Positions 1 through 14,087 of a stretch of DNA of 64,000 nucleotides are shown piece after piece. Every line of letters starts with the position of its first letter. The first letter of the stretch is position 1. Source of the stretch: Anaeramoeba ignava BMAN. Lineage: Eukaryota > Protista > Anaeramoebae. Location: the NCBI GenBank assembly GCA_028826165.1, contig JAPDFW010000070.1:372001-436000 (forward strand), in the 5' to 3' direction. Below the pieces are notes generated by a model, which saw only the letters and a program-made list of their open reading frames with translations, did not search any database and was not told the DNA's origin. The position numbers and the translations under genes were made by a program.

Positions 1-1385
1 TTCATGTGTTTTAAGTACATTTTCAAAATATGGTCCTGAATACCAATGGAATGCTACTCCATCCACATATTTTGCTGCTTCTGCTCGGTTTAATATTGTT
101 TTTGAATAGTTGTACACATCATCTTTGTTGTAGTCGTAAATCATGATTTTTACATCAGGATAATCGGTTTTTAATTGTGGTCCTAAATAATATGCTAGAA
201 AATCTGCTTCTTGATCTGCTGAGTAAATGCATGCTTCTCCAGGTGCATCGAAACCTGGTTCATTTTGGATTGTTCTAATTTTTTATCCGATTTTTAATTT
301 AATTTTAATTTTGATTTCAAAATGAATTTTAATTTTAATTTTGATTTTAATTTTAATTTTGATTTTTATTTTGATTTTTAATTGAATTTTGATTTTGATT
401 TTGATTTTTAATTTTATATTTTAATTTTAATTTTAATTTTAATTTTGATTTTGATTTTGATTTTAATTTTTTATCCGATTTTTAATTTTAATTTTGATTT
501 TTTATCCGGTTTTTAATTTTAATTTTAATTTTAAATTTAAATTTTAATTGAATTTTGATTTTGATTTTGAATTTTGATTTTTAATTTTAATTTTAATTTT
601 AATTTTAATTTTGATTTTAATTGAATTTTGATTTTTAATTGAATTTTGATTTTAAATTTAATTTTAATTTTAATTTTAATTTTAATTTTAATTTGATTTT
701 AAATTTAAATTTTAATTGAATTTTGATTATAAAAGTACATTCCCCAAATTGGAATTCCTTCAGCTTCATAAGCAGAAATCCATTTACTAAAATACAAAGC
801 CCAAGATTGATAAATTAAAGGATCATTAATTAAACCAGGACGATTAGAACCATTCATTTGACCATTACTTTTCATCCACCAAGGAGGACTCCAAGGAGAA
901 CCAAAAAGATGAAAATTAGGACCAGTAGCTTTAAGAGCAGCTTTTATCATTGGAATAACAGTATGCAAATCATGACCATTTGAAAGTTTCCATTGTGAAA
1001 GACTGTAATCATCAGGAGTATCATCAAAAGAATAAGAAGAAGCAGAATAATCACAAGAATTAATCGGAACTCTTCCTACTCGATAATTCAAATTCACATA
1101 ATAAGCTTCAATTATTTGTTGTTGAAGTGTTGCGTTTAATTTGTTGAAATTTATTGCTGCTGCTTCTGTAAATGCTCCTCCAAATCCTAAAATAGTTTGA
1201 TATTTGTTCGCGTCAGATAGTTTTATTGTGATATTACTTATTGGTGTTGATTGAAATGTAATATCTGCTTTTGGTGTTAAACGATCTCCTGTAAATTCTG
1301 CTGTTTGAATAACATGAATAATTTGTGTAAAGTTTTGAGAAAAGAAAAATGTGAAAAAAAGAAGCAAAATTAAAATTTGTTTCAT
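1..1385 (-). CDS. Glycoside hydrolase family 30 (glucosylceramidase-like), secreted; runs off the window start
   Basis: Signal peptide, QTILGFGGAFTEAA, RVPINSCDYS, SPWSPPWWMKSN. Intron 275-738 (GT..AG) joins WGI to TIQNEP (acid/base motif); downstream VDGVAFHWY. Confidence 0.9.
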
Positions 1386-1467
1386 TTGTTTTTTTTTATT
1401 ATCAAAAAGAAAAAAAATGATTTTTTTAATTTTAATTTTAATATAAATTTTAATATAAATTTTAATT

Positions 1468-4400
1468 TTAATTTTCGTTCTTTTGTTCTTCTGTTTCTTT
1501 TGGTCTTAAAGGACATGTTCTTTTTGTATGTCCTTCTTTTCGGCATATACTACATTTTCTCACTGTAGATTTTTTCTCTTTAGGTTTTTTTGGATCTTTT
1601 TTTTTTCTTTTTCTTTTATTTTCGTTTGTATTTTTATTTGTATTTTTATTTGTATTTTTATTTGTATTTTTATTTGAATTTGAATTTGAATTTGAATTTC
1701 GATTTGTATTTGGATTTGAATTTGGATTCCAATTTTGATTTGAATTAGAAATTTGACCAACTGAAATTTGAAAATTTTGATTTTGATTTTGATTTTGATT
1801 TTGATTCAAATTTAAATTTTGATTCAAATTTAAATTTAGATTTTGATTTTGATTTGGATTCCTAATATAATTTGAGTTTAAAGTTGCACTTCTTATTAAA
1901 TTTTGATTTTGATTTTGATTTAAATTTAAATTTAAATTCAAATTTGGGTTATTTTGATTGGAATTTTGATTAAATTTAAAATTTAAGTTTTGATTAGAAT
2001 TAAAAGGAATTATTCCTTTTGATTGAAAATTTCCTGATGTATTTGTTTGTTGTCTTGAAAAATTATTTGTATTTGTATTTGGATTTGTATTTGTATTTGG
2101 ATTTGGATTTGAATTTAGATTTGGATTTAAATGAGAAGGAATAACAGAAATAGTGTTTGAATTGAAATTTTTAGGATAAACATGGTTTTTACGTTCCCAT
2201 TTTTTTGCTGTATACATTTGTTTCAAAGTTTGATCACAATTCAAACAACCGATATAAGGTGAATCGAAATAAATAGGAACACTTCCCTCTTGGAAAACAA
2301 CTTCAACAAGATGAGATTGTTTCTTGATGCATTCGGGAGAGTCACAAAGAGTGGGAAGAGGCTTGATACTCAAAATATCTTCTTTGAGAAACATTGTCCA
2401 ATTACAAAGAGGACTTTTTTGACAAAAAACCATCCATTTTCCTGATTTAAGTTTTTTGGGAAATAAAAACGTTGAAGAATCATTGCAAAGAGGACAAAGC
2501 ATAACTTGTGAGTTTGTTTGATCCAAAATTGATGATTGGGGAACAGCAACAAAATTATAAAAACGGGAAAATGCAGCAACCAAAGAATCCTTTTGTTTAA
2601 AAGCTTCAAAATAGGCTTCTTTATACAATTTGATTGTTTCCTGGACAACAAAGTCCTTTGTTTTTGAACCTTTGCAAATGAGTTTCATATCAGATTCCAT
2701 TTGCGCACGTAATATAGGTTTTGTGAAATTGAATCCCATTAAATCGTATCCGTCATAAAGTCCCAAACCCAAATTTGTTGGGGTAAAATATATTCCTTCT
2801 TTAACAGCGTATTTTCTTTTTTGGACTGTTTGAATATGTTCTGCAATTGTTGCATCTGTTCCGATTCCGTGTTTATCCATCAATTTGATCAGTTGGGATT
2901 CTGTCAAAAGCAAAGGTGCTTCAGTTTTGCCTTCATGAACTGAGATTTGCAGAGGAATAAAAGTGTCTCCTTGGTTATAAATAGGAATGGCATTTTCAGT
3001 CCATTTCTCATAAGTATAAATTTCCAAATAATTATATTCCTTCACCATCAATCCCTCAAGATTAAAGATCTCGTCTGCAATATTAATTTTCACAACAGTT
3101 TTATCTCCAACAGCATTTTTGGAGCAGCAAGCCAAAAAATGTCTTGCAATAAATTCATAAACTGTTTTGCGGTCACCTTGGAGTGATGAACCGCTTCTTG
3201 TAGGATATATTGGTGGATGTGAGTTGTCGCTATGGTTTCCATGAATGGGAATTTGGAATTTTCCATTCAGAAGATTTTGTGCATATTGTCCCCAATGGGG
3301 ATCACTTGTTTGAAGAGAAACCAAACTTTGTAGATTCATTGATTGTGGGAATGCATTTGTTTCTGTTCGAGGATAACTGATGTATCCTTGCTGATAAAGT
3401 TCTTCTGCAATTTCCATGAGTCGTGATGATCCAATCTTGAGAAATCGTGCGCATCTTCTTTGCAATTCGACTGTTGTTAATGGGAATGGTCTTGATTTAG
3501 TGGTTGGTTTTTTTTCCACAAAAAATACTTTTGCAAGTGGTTTTTCTTGGCACATTTCATAAATTACATAACATGATATTTTATCGAATAAACGTTTTCT
3601 TTCCCAAGTGAATTTAGTTTGTTTATCAAATACCTCAATTGTCCAAAATGGTTCAGGAACAAATTCTTCTCTTTTCTTCCATCTTTCTACAATAAATCCA
3701 AGTGTTGGAAATTGACATGAACCATAACTAAGATATTTCAAAGTACTTAATTCTTGGAATTTGTTTTTGAGGAGTAGTGTTTGGAATCGTGTGAAAACTG
3801 CTCCTGTTCGTAAATCAAGTTCTCTTCGTGCATCTACAGCTAATGAATCCCTTTCGTTTGGGGGTTGTAAATGTTGAATTGCGTATTCAATATCTTTTTT
3901 TGTTAAAGATGAAAAAACTGCTCTTTGGAGTTGAAGTCTAGAATTTACTTTTTTGCAGCAGTTGATTACTTCGAATGCTATATTTTCTCCTTCTCTATCA
4001 CAATCTAACCATAGTATTAATATTTTTGATATTTTTGAAAGATCTCTTAAGTTGTGTTCTATTTCCGACATACCCTTTTACATTTTAAAATTAATTTTTA
4101 AATATAAAAAAATTCATTTCCATTTTATAAATATAAATTAAATTTATTTCCGTTTTATAAATAAATTCATTTCCATTTTTATATATATAAATTAAATTCA
4201 TTTCCAATTTATATAAATTCATTTCAATTATATAAATAAATTAAATTCATTTCCATTTTTATATAAATTCATTTCCAATTTTTTAAATATAAATTAAATT
4301 CATTTCCAATTTATAAATAAATTAAATTCATTTCAATTTTATAAATAAATTAAATTCATTTCAATTTTATAAATATAAATTAAATTCATTTCAATTTTAT

Positions 4401-6073
4401 AAATATAAATTAAATTCATTTCAATTTTTAAATATAAATTAAATTCCATTTTTATAAATTAAATTCCATTTTTAAATAAATAAATTAAATTCCATTTTTA
4501 AATAAAAATTCATTTCCATTTTTTATAAATATAAAATATAAATTAAATTCATTTTTAAAAAATTTTATATATAAATTAAATTCATTTTCATTTTTTAAAT
4601 ATAAATAAATTCCATTTTAAATTTTATATAAATTCATTTCCATTTTATAAAATAAATTAAATTCATTTTCCATTTTATAAATTAAATTAAATTCATTTCC
4701 ATTTTATAAATAAATTAAATTCATTTCCTTAATTTTATAAATAAATTTTAAATTTTTTTATAAATAAATTAAATTCATTTCCATTTTATAAAATAAATTA
4801 AATTCATTTCCATTTATAAATAAATTAAATTAAATGGCTATAAATTAAATTCATTTCCAATTTTTATAAATAAAATTAAATTCATTCCATTTTTATAAAA
4901 TAAATTAAATTCATTTCAATTTTTAAATAAATTAAATTCATTTCAATTTTATAAATATAAATTAAATTCATTTCAATTTATAAATATAAATTAAATTCAT
5001 TTCAATTTTATAAAATAAATTAAATTCATTTCAATTTTATAAATTCAATTAAATTCATTTCAATTTTTATAAATAAATTAAATTCAATTTTATAAATAAA
5101 TTAAAATTTCCATTTTTAAATAAGATTCAAATTCCATTTTTAAATAAATTAAATTCATTCAGTTTCATTTTTAAATAAATTAAATTCATTTCAACAAATT
5201 TTAAATAAATTAAATTCATTTCCATTCAAAAATAAATTAAATTCATTTTCAATTTTATAAAATAAATTAAATTCATTTCCAATTTTATAAATAATAAATT
5301 AAATTCATTTCCATTTTTATAAATAAATTCATTTCCAATTTTTAAATAAAAATTAAATTCATTTCCATTTTTATAAATAAATTAAATGATTTGGTTTTTA
5401 AATTCATTTCTTTTATAAATAAATTAAATTCATTTCCAATTTATAAATAAATTTAAAATTTCCATTTTTAAATATAAATTAAATTCAAATTTTTAAAATA
5501 AAAAGTTTTATAAAAAATTCATTTGATTTTTATAAAAAATGAAATTTTTTATTTTATAAATTAAATTTTAAAAATAAAATATAAATTAAATTCATTTCAA
5601 TTTTATAAATATAAATTAATTATAAATTCATTTTTTTTAAATAAATTAAATTCATTTCATTTTTATAAATAATTTAAATTCATTTCAATTTTATAAATAT
5701 AAATTCATTTCAATTTTTTTGTTTCATTATAAATTAATTTATTTTTTTTTATATAAATTCATTTCCAATTTTTAAATAAATTAAATTCCATTTTTATAAA
5801 TAAATTCATTTCCAATTTTTAAATAAATTAAATTTTTATAAAGGATTTTTAAAAAGATAAAAACAAGTTACAACATTAAACAGCATCAAAACAAAGCAGG
5901 CATGCCAAAGAAAAATTAAATGCATCAGAAGTTACAAAAATGATTCGAATAAATTCAAAAATTGGATTTTTTGAATGTTTAAATGATTTTTTTGAACGCT
6001 CTGATAAAATTTCTGTTAATCTATCTGCAACTGATGGTTTTTCTGCAATATTTAAAACATTAATTCTTGACAT
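1468..6073 (-). CDS. TOP3A: DNA topoisomerase III alpha (type IA)
   Basis: N-terminal exon VLNIAEKPSVA (TOPRIM) from 6073; main exon DCDREGENI, SYGSCQFPTLG, GYISYPRTET (catalytic Tyr), GIGTDAT; C4 Zn ribbons, NQ-rich linker, terminal CCHC knuckle CSICRKEGHTKRTC. About 1.8 kb of repeat lies between the exons. Confidence 0.92.
4085..5870. repeat. Degenerate AT-rich minisatellite filling the TOP3A intron
   Basis: Unit approximately ATAAATTAAATTCATTTCAATTTT. Confidence 0.85.
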
Positions 6074-6193
6074 AAAATTAATAAATTGAAAAGAAAAAAA
6101 TGAAAAAAAAAAATGAAAAAAAAAGAAAATGAAATTAATCTTTTATAAAAAAACAATTTTTTAATTAAAGATTATGAGAAAAATATTTCTAAT

Positions 6194-6952
6194 TCATTTC
6201 GTTTGAAATGAAGATTTTACCAAATAAAAATTAGCATCTTTTATAATAAAAGGAGTTAAAGATAAAACAATTAAACAATTAGCAGCATGCCAAAGAGAAT
6301 GAGCATCAAAATGACCGAATAAAGGAGGAAAATCAAACAATTCAAACGGAGAAAAAGCAAAAATCGAACCATAAAACAACAAAATCCAAAAACAATGCTT
6401 ATATTTCCTGAAAGTGAAGATACACCAAATAAGCCAAATAGAAAAAGAAGTTACAATCGAAAAAGTGCACAATTTCATATGGAAAGCATAATCAAAAAGG
6501 AACACTTAATAATATTTGATGTGATTTTTTACTAATCCATAATGTTCTTATTAAACTAAGATAAACCCAATAAAAAGGAGATCCAAAAGCAAAATGATAA
6601 TCAGAAAATTCAGTTATAACGTTATCTCTTGCATGAAACATTGTCGAACTTGTAAACAATAAAATCCACACAATTGAATTCATTTTCCATAAGAAATGAA
6701 AGGGATAATTTGAACTCCCCTTATTTTTTGAAGTGTGTTTTTTATATTGAATCCTTTGATATGTGAATTATTTGGAAAAAAATTAAAATTATTTTGATTA
6801 AAAGTCAAAGAAATTTAATCATTTCAATTTTTAATTTTAATTTTTAATTTTAAAAAAAAAGGATATAAAGCAAAAAATGCTGTAAGTAATGAAAAGAAAG
6901 AAGAAGCTGGTTGTTGAAAAATCCAAATTTGTTTTGGAAGAAATTCAATCAT
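6194..6952 (-). CDS. PGAP3: PGAP3/Per1-like (CREST superfamily) GPI-remodelling membrane hydrolase, frameshifted near 6500
   Basis: FQQPASSFFS, SSTMFHARD, DYHFA, FDYAFHM, ELFDFPP, FDAHSLWH motifs across several exons/ORFs; ATG at 6952. Confidence 0.75.
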
Positions 6953-7063
6953 TTAAAATTTAAAATTAATTTTAAAATTAAGATTAAATCGTATATATTT
7001 TTTTTTTGATTAAAAATGAAAAAAATGAAAAAATGAAAAAAATTTTAAAAAAAAAAAAAAATT

Positions 7064-8197
7064 TCATTTTTTTTCATAAAGACAACCGGCTGCATAAGAA
7101 ACTGAAGAATCTGAAGTGGACATTGCTTTACCTGATTGATCATAATAAACGAATTTCATTTCATGAATTTTATTATCAGCAGTCTTTTGTTTTGTTTTGT
7201 TTTGTTTTTTTTTAATAAAATTTACAAAAAGAAGAATTTAATTTTTTGTTCCACTTTTTTTTTTTTGATTTGATTTTTTTTTTTTTTGCATTTCAAATAA
7301 ATACATTAAGTAAAACACTGATAGGATTTCTTCCACAAATTGTGTTTGACCATTTTTTAAAATAATCAGTAAAATTTTTAGGATCCAAAGATTCAATAGC
7401 ATCCATTCCCATTCTATCCAATTTTTGGATAGATTCCCAAACAGGAATTGACTTATCAGGAAGAGTAGTGAAACCAAAACGGGAACCCCAATGACAAAAA
7501 TCCGAGGAAATAACGAATAAAGTGGATTCATCTTTAAGATAAGGTGCTAAAATTTCTCCATATCTTTTCTGCTCTTCCTCAGTTAAATGCCCAACCATAA
7601 TAGGTACAATCTCAACATCAGTACCTAAAACATGCGCAACAAAAGGTACATGCAATTCTAAGCTGTGCTCGTTTGTTTCAATCTTTTCTGTAAGCATTCC
7701 AAATTCTGAATGTTTACTTAATTCTTTGATTGTTTTTTGATCCACTTTAACATTTCCAAATGGTGTTTCGTATGCTGACATACATGATAAACAGCATGCT
7801 ATTAAATGTGCTCTGTGACTTGGTCCAAGAATAAACACTCGTTTACTAATTCAACTTTATTTATAAGTTCTTTTTTTTTTTTGCTTTTTTTTTTTTTCCA
7901 ATTTTTTTTTTTGATTACATTTTTTGAGTTTTTGGATCAATATTTTTCCAAGCTTGTGCTGCTGTTGGAGCACTATATCTATAACCTGCATGTCTTTTTA
8001 AAATTTTAATTTTAATTTTAATTTTAATTTTAATTTTAATTTTAAATTTTTAAATTAAATTACGGGCAAATTAATGCTTTAATTGGTAATTCAATCTTTC
8101 TTTCAGCTTTAGAAAGAAGTGTTGAAATTTGTTCTTTAAGTTCTTTTGGATCATCGGAATACCAAGAACCAGCAAATGAAGCCTTTCTAATTGACAT
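7064..8197 (-). CDS. MEMO1: MEMO1 family protein (4 exons)
   Basis: Exons 8197-8064 (MSIRKASFAGSWY..ICP), 7993-7919 (HAGYRYSAPTAA), 7845-7305 (ILGPSH, EHSLELH, SSDFCHWG, TICGRNPI), 7183-7064 (YYDQS..DSSVSYAAG); all GT-AG. Confidence 0.93.
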
Positions 8198-8276
8198 TTG
8201 AAAATAAAATGAAAAAAATGAAAAAAATGAAAATTAAATTTTTATTAAACTTGTATTTTTAAAAAATAATCTTAAA

Positions 8277-10832
8277 TTAAAGTTGAAGAAATTGAAATAT
8301 TTTTGCTAATTTGTTTGAGAACTGTTGAGAATCTCCACTTTTTAAAATGAATAACACAGTGTTTGAATCCTCAACAATTTCCTCTCCATAATCAACTGTT
8401 TTAGAAACAATAGAATTTGGTTCAATTATTCTAATTTTGATTTTTAAATTGACTGTTTTTGCCTTTATTTTAAATAAATTTGGATATTTCCATTCAAATC
8501 CAATTAAATTCAGAGTTTTTTGAAGATTTGAAGCAATTTCAATTTTGGGTAATTTTGATGTTTTCTTGACAATTTGATACGTATTTTGACTGTTTGCATT
8601 TAAAGGTGTTTTTTGATATAAATCTGAATGTGTGGTTTGAATATTTGATATTGATATTGTTTTTTTGGTTTTGGGCTTCTTTTTGTCTTCTTGATCATCT
8701 TCTATCATTATTCTTTTTTTTTCTTGTTTTCTTGTTTTCTCTTTTTTGCTTTTGTCTTTGTTTTTGCTTTTGCTCTTCTCTTTGTTTTTTCCAAATATTC
8801 TTGCAAACCAACTTTTTTTTGGACTTCTTGAAAAAGATGGTCCAATTGGTGATTCAGGAATTGGTTGTTTTTGTGGCGTGATTCTTTTTTCAAGATGAGT
8901 TGTTGAATAATTTTCATTGTATTTATTTTCATCATTTTCAATTTCATTTCCAATCTCATTTCCAAATGTATCTTCAAATGGATTTTCAAATGGATTTTCA
9001 AATGAGTTTTGATGATTTCCTCGATTTTCAACATCCATTGAAAACATTTCTTGAGAATTATCAAATAATTGATTTTCATCAGCTATAAAGTAAATAAAAA
9101 TATTCAAAATAAATGAATGAATAAATAATATAAATATTGATATTTAAAAAATATTCAAACATCTTTCATCATCAAGAAGCATTTGCTCACTGTTTTTTTT
9201 TGTGTGTTGTTTGGATTTGGAATTATGTAAAGAAAACCCTCTTGGTCGTATTTGCTGAATATTCACAGGTTGAGATGGAAGTGAACCTCTTCTTGGTCTT
9301 TCTTTCTTTTTTTGTTTATTATATATTCTTTTTTCAAATAAATGATAGAAAACTTTTTCAATATTTGGTTCTTCATTTTTAAGTGAATTTTCAAGTTGTG
9401 TTTCTTCCCAACCTTTTTAATTTTTTTATTTTTATTATTATTAATTTTTCATTTTTCATTTTTCATTTTTCATTCAATTCAAACCTAGTGATTTAAGATA
9501 AGAAAGAATTTCTTTTGGAATATCTTGTAAAATAATTGGTTTATTTGTTTTATTTTTAATTGAAGATATAGAAGGAGGTAAATAACCATCAGGGAAATTT
9601 GAACGAAACCAAGGATGCTTTTTAATTTCAGGAATTGTTATTCTTTGTTTTGGATCAACTGTAAGCATTCTTTGTATTAAATCAACTTTGGGTTGTGAAA
9701 GTGTATTTGGCATTATATAAACACCTTTTTCAACTTTTTGTAATACTTTTGTTAAATTATTATCATCAAATGGAAGTCTTCCAATAAGTAATGCGTATAA
9801 AATAACTCCACAACTCCAAACATCTGAAGCCATTCCATCATATGGAATTCCCTTTAAAATTCATTTATAAAATTAAAAATAAATTAAAATTCATTTTAAA
9901 ATTAAAATTCATTTTGAAATTAAAATTCATTTTGAAATTAAAATTCATTTTGAAAATTAAAATTCATTTTGAAATTAAAATTCATTTTGAAATTAAAATT
10001 CATTTTGAAATTAAAATTAAAATTAATATTCATTTTAAAATTAAAATTCATTTTAAAATTAAAATTCATTTTAAAATTGAAATTAAAATTCATTTTGAAA
10101 TTAAAATTAAAATTAAAATTCATTTTGAAATTATAATTATAATTAATATTAAAATTCATTTTGAAATTAAAATTCATTTTAAAATTATAATTAAAATTAA
10201 TATTAATATTATAATCAAAATTCATTTTAAAATTAATATTAATATTATAATTAAAATTCATTTTGAAATTATAATTAAAATTAATAAAAACTTACACGAA
10301 CAACTTCAGGAGAAGCATAATGAGGAGAACCACAAGAAGTAGAAGCAAGAGAGCCAGTATTAATTAATCTAGCCATTCCAAAATCAGCAATTTTAATATT
10401 TTGTTTTTTATCAACAAGTAAATTTTCAGGTTTCAAATCACGATGACAAATCAAATGATTATGACAATATTCAAGTCCATAAATAATTTGTTGAAAAAGA
10501 CAAAGAGCTTCTTCATGAGTAATTCTGCCTTTATTAACAAGATAATCAAATAATTCACCTTCTTCCATCAATTCAAGAACAATAAATAAATATCTTGAAG
10601 TTTCATAAACATCAATAATTCTAAGAATATGTGGATTCTTCATTAATTTTAAAACTGCAATTTCTCTTCCAACTTTTTGCTTTAAATCTGGATTGTTTAA
10701 AAAATTAATTTTTGGTAATATTTTAATTGCTACTTTTTCTCCTGTTTCTTTATGTACTGCTAATTTAACTTTCCCTGATGTACCAACTCCTAATGTTTTT
10801 CCTAAAATATATGGTCCAACATGTTCACCCAT
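8277..10832 (-). CDS. AMPK-related (BRSK/SAD-like) Ser/Thr kinase, multi-exon, possible KA1-like C-terminus
   Basis: [57 protein letters not shown]; repeat-filled intron ~9853-10295. Confidence 0.88.
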
Positions 10833-11197
10833 TTAGTTAAAATTTGATTTTTTAAATATTGATTTTTTTTAAATTTTTAATTTAATTTTTATAATAATAA
10901 AAAAATGAAAAAAGAAAAAAATGAAAAAAAAAATGAAAAAAAATTTTTTTTCTTTTTAATTTTTTAATTTAAATTTTTAAAAAGAAAAAAATTTTTTGTT
11001 TTGTTTTGTTTTTTTTTTTATTCAAAAATTTGAAAAGAAAAAAATCAGAAAAGGAAAAAAAAAAAAACTTATGAAAATGGAAAAAAATCCAAAAATCGAA
11101 AAAAAAAAAAAAAAAAAGTGGAATTCAAAAAAAAAATTCTTCCCTTTTTGTTTTTGTTTTTTGATTTCTTTGATTTTTTTTTTTAGTTCTTGTTTTT

Positions 11198-14087
11198 TTA
11201 ATTGCAAAATTGACTGATTTTGTTTTTATGACTTTGATGAAGTAATGCATCAATTGTATTATAACACATTAAAACAGCACTAACTGTAATTGCAATAGCA
11301 AATGTGAATAGAATAAGAGCTGCTCTTTTATATTTTCTAACCAAGTAATTCAATGTTAATTTTCCAATAGGAAAGCAAATTAATGTAACTCCAAAAAACC
11401 AAAATCCTTTTGCATAAGGAACTAATCCAATTAGTAAATATTGAATTGCAGTTGAAGAAGAAGCTAAAAGAACAATTAAAGCAGATGTTGCTGTTAAAAC
11501 TTCTGGATTAAGTTTCATTTCAACCAAAATGAATGAAGTTATTGTTCCAGCACCAGCTCCAAGCATTCCAGCAACTAATCCATTTAAAAAACAAACTAAA
11601 GAAAATGCTATAATAATTTTTTTACCCCATTTTACATCTCCTTTCTAAATAAATTTAAATTAATAAAAAGTGGAATATTAAATTTAATAAAAAGTGGAAT
11701 ATTTAAATTAATTAAATAAAAAGTAAAATATTAAATTTAAATTAAATTAAAAGTAGAATATTAAATTAAATTAAATAAAAAGTAGAATATTAAATTAAAT
11801 AAATAAAAAGTGGAATATTAAATTTAATTAAATAAAAAGTAAAATATTAAATTAAATTAAATAAAAAGTAGAATATTAAATTTAATTAAATAAAAAGTGG
11901 AATATTTAATTTAATTAAATAAAAAGTAAAATATTAAATTAAATTTAATTAATAAAAAGTGGAATATTAAATTTAAATTAAATAAAAAGTGGAATATTAA
12001 ATTTAAATTAAAATAAAAAGTGAAATATTAAATTTAATTAAATAAAAAGTGGAATATTAAATTTAAATTAAATAAAAAGTGGAATATTAAATTTAAATTA
12101 AATAAAAAGTGGAATATTAAATTTAAATTAAATAAAAGTGAAATATTAAATTTAATTAAATAAAAGTGGAATATTAAATTAAATTTAATAAAAATAGAAT
12201 ATTAAATTTAATTAAAAAGTGGAATATTAAATTAAATTTAATAAAAAGTAAATATAAATTTAATTAAATAAAATATTAAATTAAATTAAATAAAAAAAAA
12301 TAGAAAATTTAAATTAAATAAAAAAAGTGGAATATTAAATTAAATTAAAATAAAAAAAAATAGAATATTAAATTAAATTAAATAAAAATTAAATTTAAAT
12401 TAAATAAAAAGTGGAATATTAAATTTAAATTAAATAAAAAGTGAAATATTTAATTAAATAAAAAGTGGAATATTAAATTAAATTAAATAAAATGTGAAAT
12501 ATTAAATTAAATTAAATTAAATAAAAAGTGAAATATTAAATTAAATTAAATTAAATAAAAAAAGTGGAATATTAAATTAAATTAAAATAAAAAAAGTAGA
12601 ATATTAAATTAAATTTAATAAAAAGTAGAATATTAAATTTAATTAAATAAAAATAGAATATTAAATTTAATTAAATAAAAATGGAATATTAAATTTAAAT
12701 AAATAAAAAGTAGAATATTAAATTAAATTAAATAAAAGGTGGAATATCAAATTAAATTAAATAAAAAGTGGAATATTAAAATTTTAAATTAAATAAAAAG
12801 TGGAATATTAAATTAAATTAAATAAAAAGTAGAATATTAAATTAAATTTAATAAAAAGTAGAATATTAAATTTAATTAAATAAAAAATGGAATATTAAAT
12901 TTAAATAAATAAAAAGTAGAATATTAAATTAAATTAAATAAAAAGTGGAATATCAAATTAAATTAAATAAAAAGTGGAATATTAAATTAAATAAAAAGTG
13001 GAATATTAAAATTAAATTAAATTAATCGAAAATCACTTACAACAATTGGATAATTTATTTTATCTTTCAATTTAGCTTTGTTTAACATCATTCTTCCTAC
13101 GTATAATGTAATTAAAATATTTATTGGTAAAGAAATAAATGTAACAGTCCAAAAAGCAGCTGAACATTTTTCAACTCCAACTAAACTTTTTTTTGAACCT
13201 CCTCCTTTAAGTAATGAAATCAAAAATGTGATTAACCAAACAATAAGAAAAAGAATAATTCTTTTTATTCCAATTTTTTTTTCGTCTTTTTCTATCATTT
13301 CAATCTCTTTTTGATATTCAGAATTTTGTGAATTTTTTTTTGTTTCTTTATTTTGATGCTCAAGATCAACATCAATCCAAGTTTCATCTTCTTTTTTTTC
13401 TTGATCTTTTATTTTATTCTTTTCTTTTGGATTTGGAGTTTCATTTGTATCTAGATTTTCATCTTCAGTTTTAAAATCAGGATCTGATCCATGAGAATTA
13501 ACTTGTTGATCTTTATTTTGGTCTTCGATCTCTTCAAACTCAATTTCATCCTTTCCATTTCCATCTTTAATTTGATCAATTTTCTGATCTAAATTGGAAC
13601 TATTTGTTGTTTGTTTTTCTTCTTCATCAACATTTTTTTGTTCTTTTTCTTTTTTTCTTTCAAGACTTTCTGATTTATATTTAGAAATAGCTTTCTTAGT
13701 TGAACGATAAGAAATCAAAACTAACATAAGAAAAAGAAGACCTTCATTAATCCATTCAGGAAGAAGAACATTAGCCAAAACACCAATAGTAGTTCCTGCA
13801 AGTGTCATTGGTTGAGCCAAAAGTGCAATATCATAATCAATAAGAGGTTTATCAACTATTGGGTTTTTTCTTCTAAAATTAACAAAGAAAATTGGAATTG
13901 CACCTCCAAAAATTGCAAAATTAGATAAAGGAACAGCAAGTGAAGATGAATAACGAAGAACCAAATAAAATATTCCTACAAATAAAACACCTCCTCCAAT
14001 TCCTGCTCCTGCTGCCATAAGAGAGAATATTGCAATTAAAAGTGATCCAACAATGAATAAAGCATTAAATTTAAGTGTATCACTCAT
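11198..14087 (-). CDS. Sulfite exporter TauE/SafE family membrane protein (2 exons)
   Basis: AGAGIGGGVLFV, PLIDYDIALLAQPMTLAGT, second half GMLGAGAG..VLTATS; exons 14087-13041 and 11644-11198 joined in phase 0 by a GT-AG intron. Confidence 0.88.
11650..13030. repeat. ~30-bp intronic minisatellite (AAATAAAAAGTGGAATATTAAATTTAAATT); shorter copy at 15440-15810
   Basis: Exact 30-nt repeats visible at 12061-12120. Confidence 0.9.

Noticed and set aside
9842-10342. Low-complexity ORFs (KIHFEI, NFNFK, IFIF, LKLK and similar, also at 34720+, 57233 and 58461)
   Set aside because: Translations of intronic or intergenic microsatellites.
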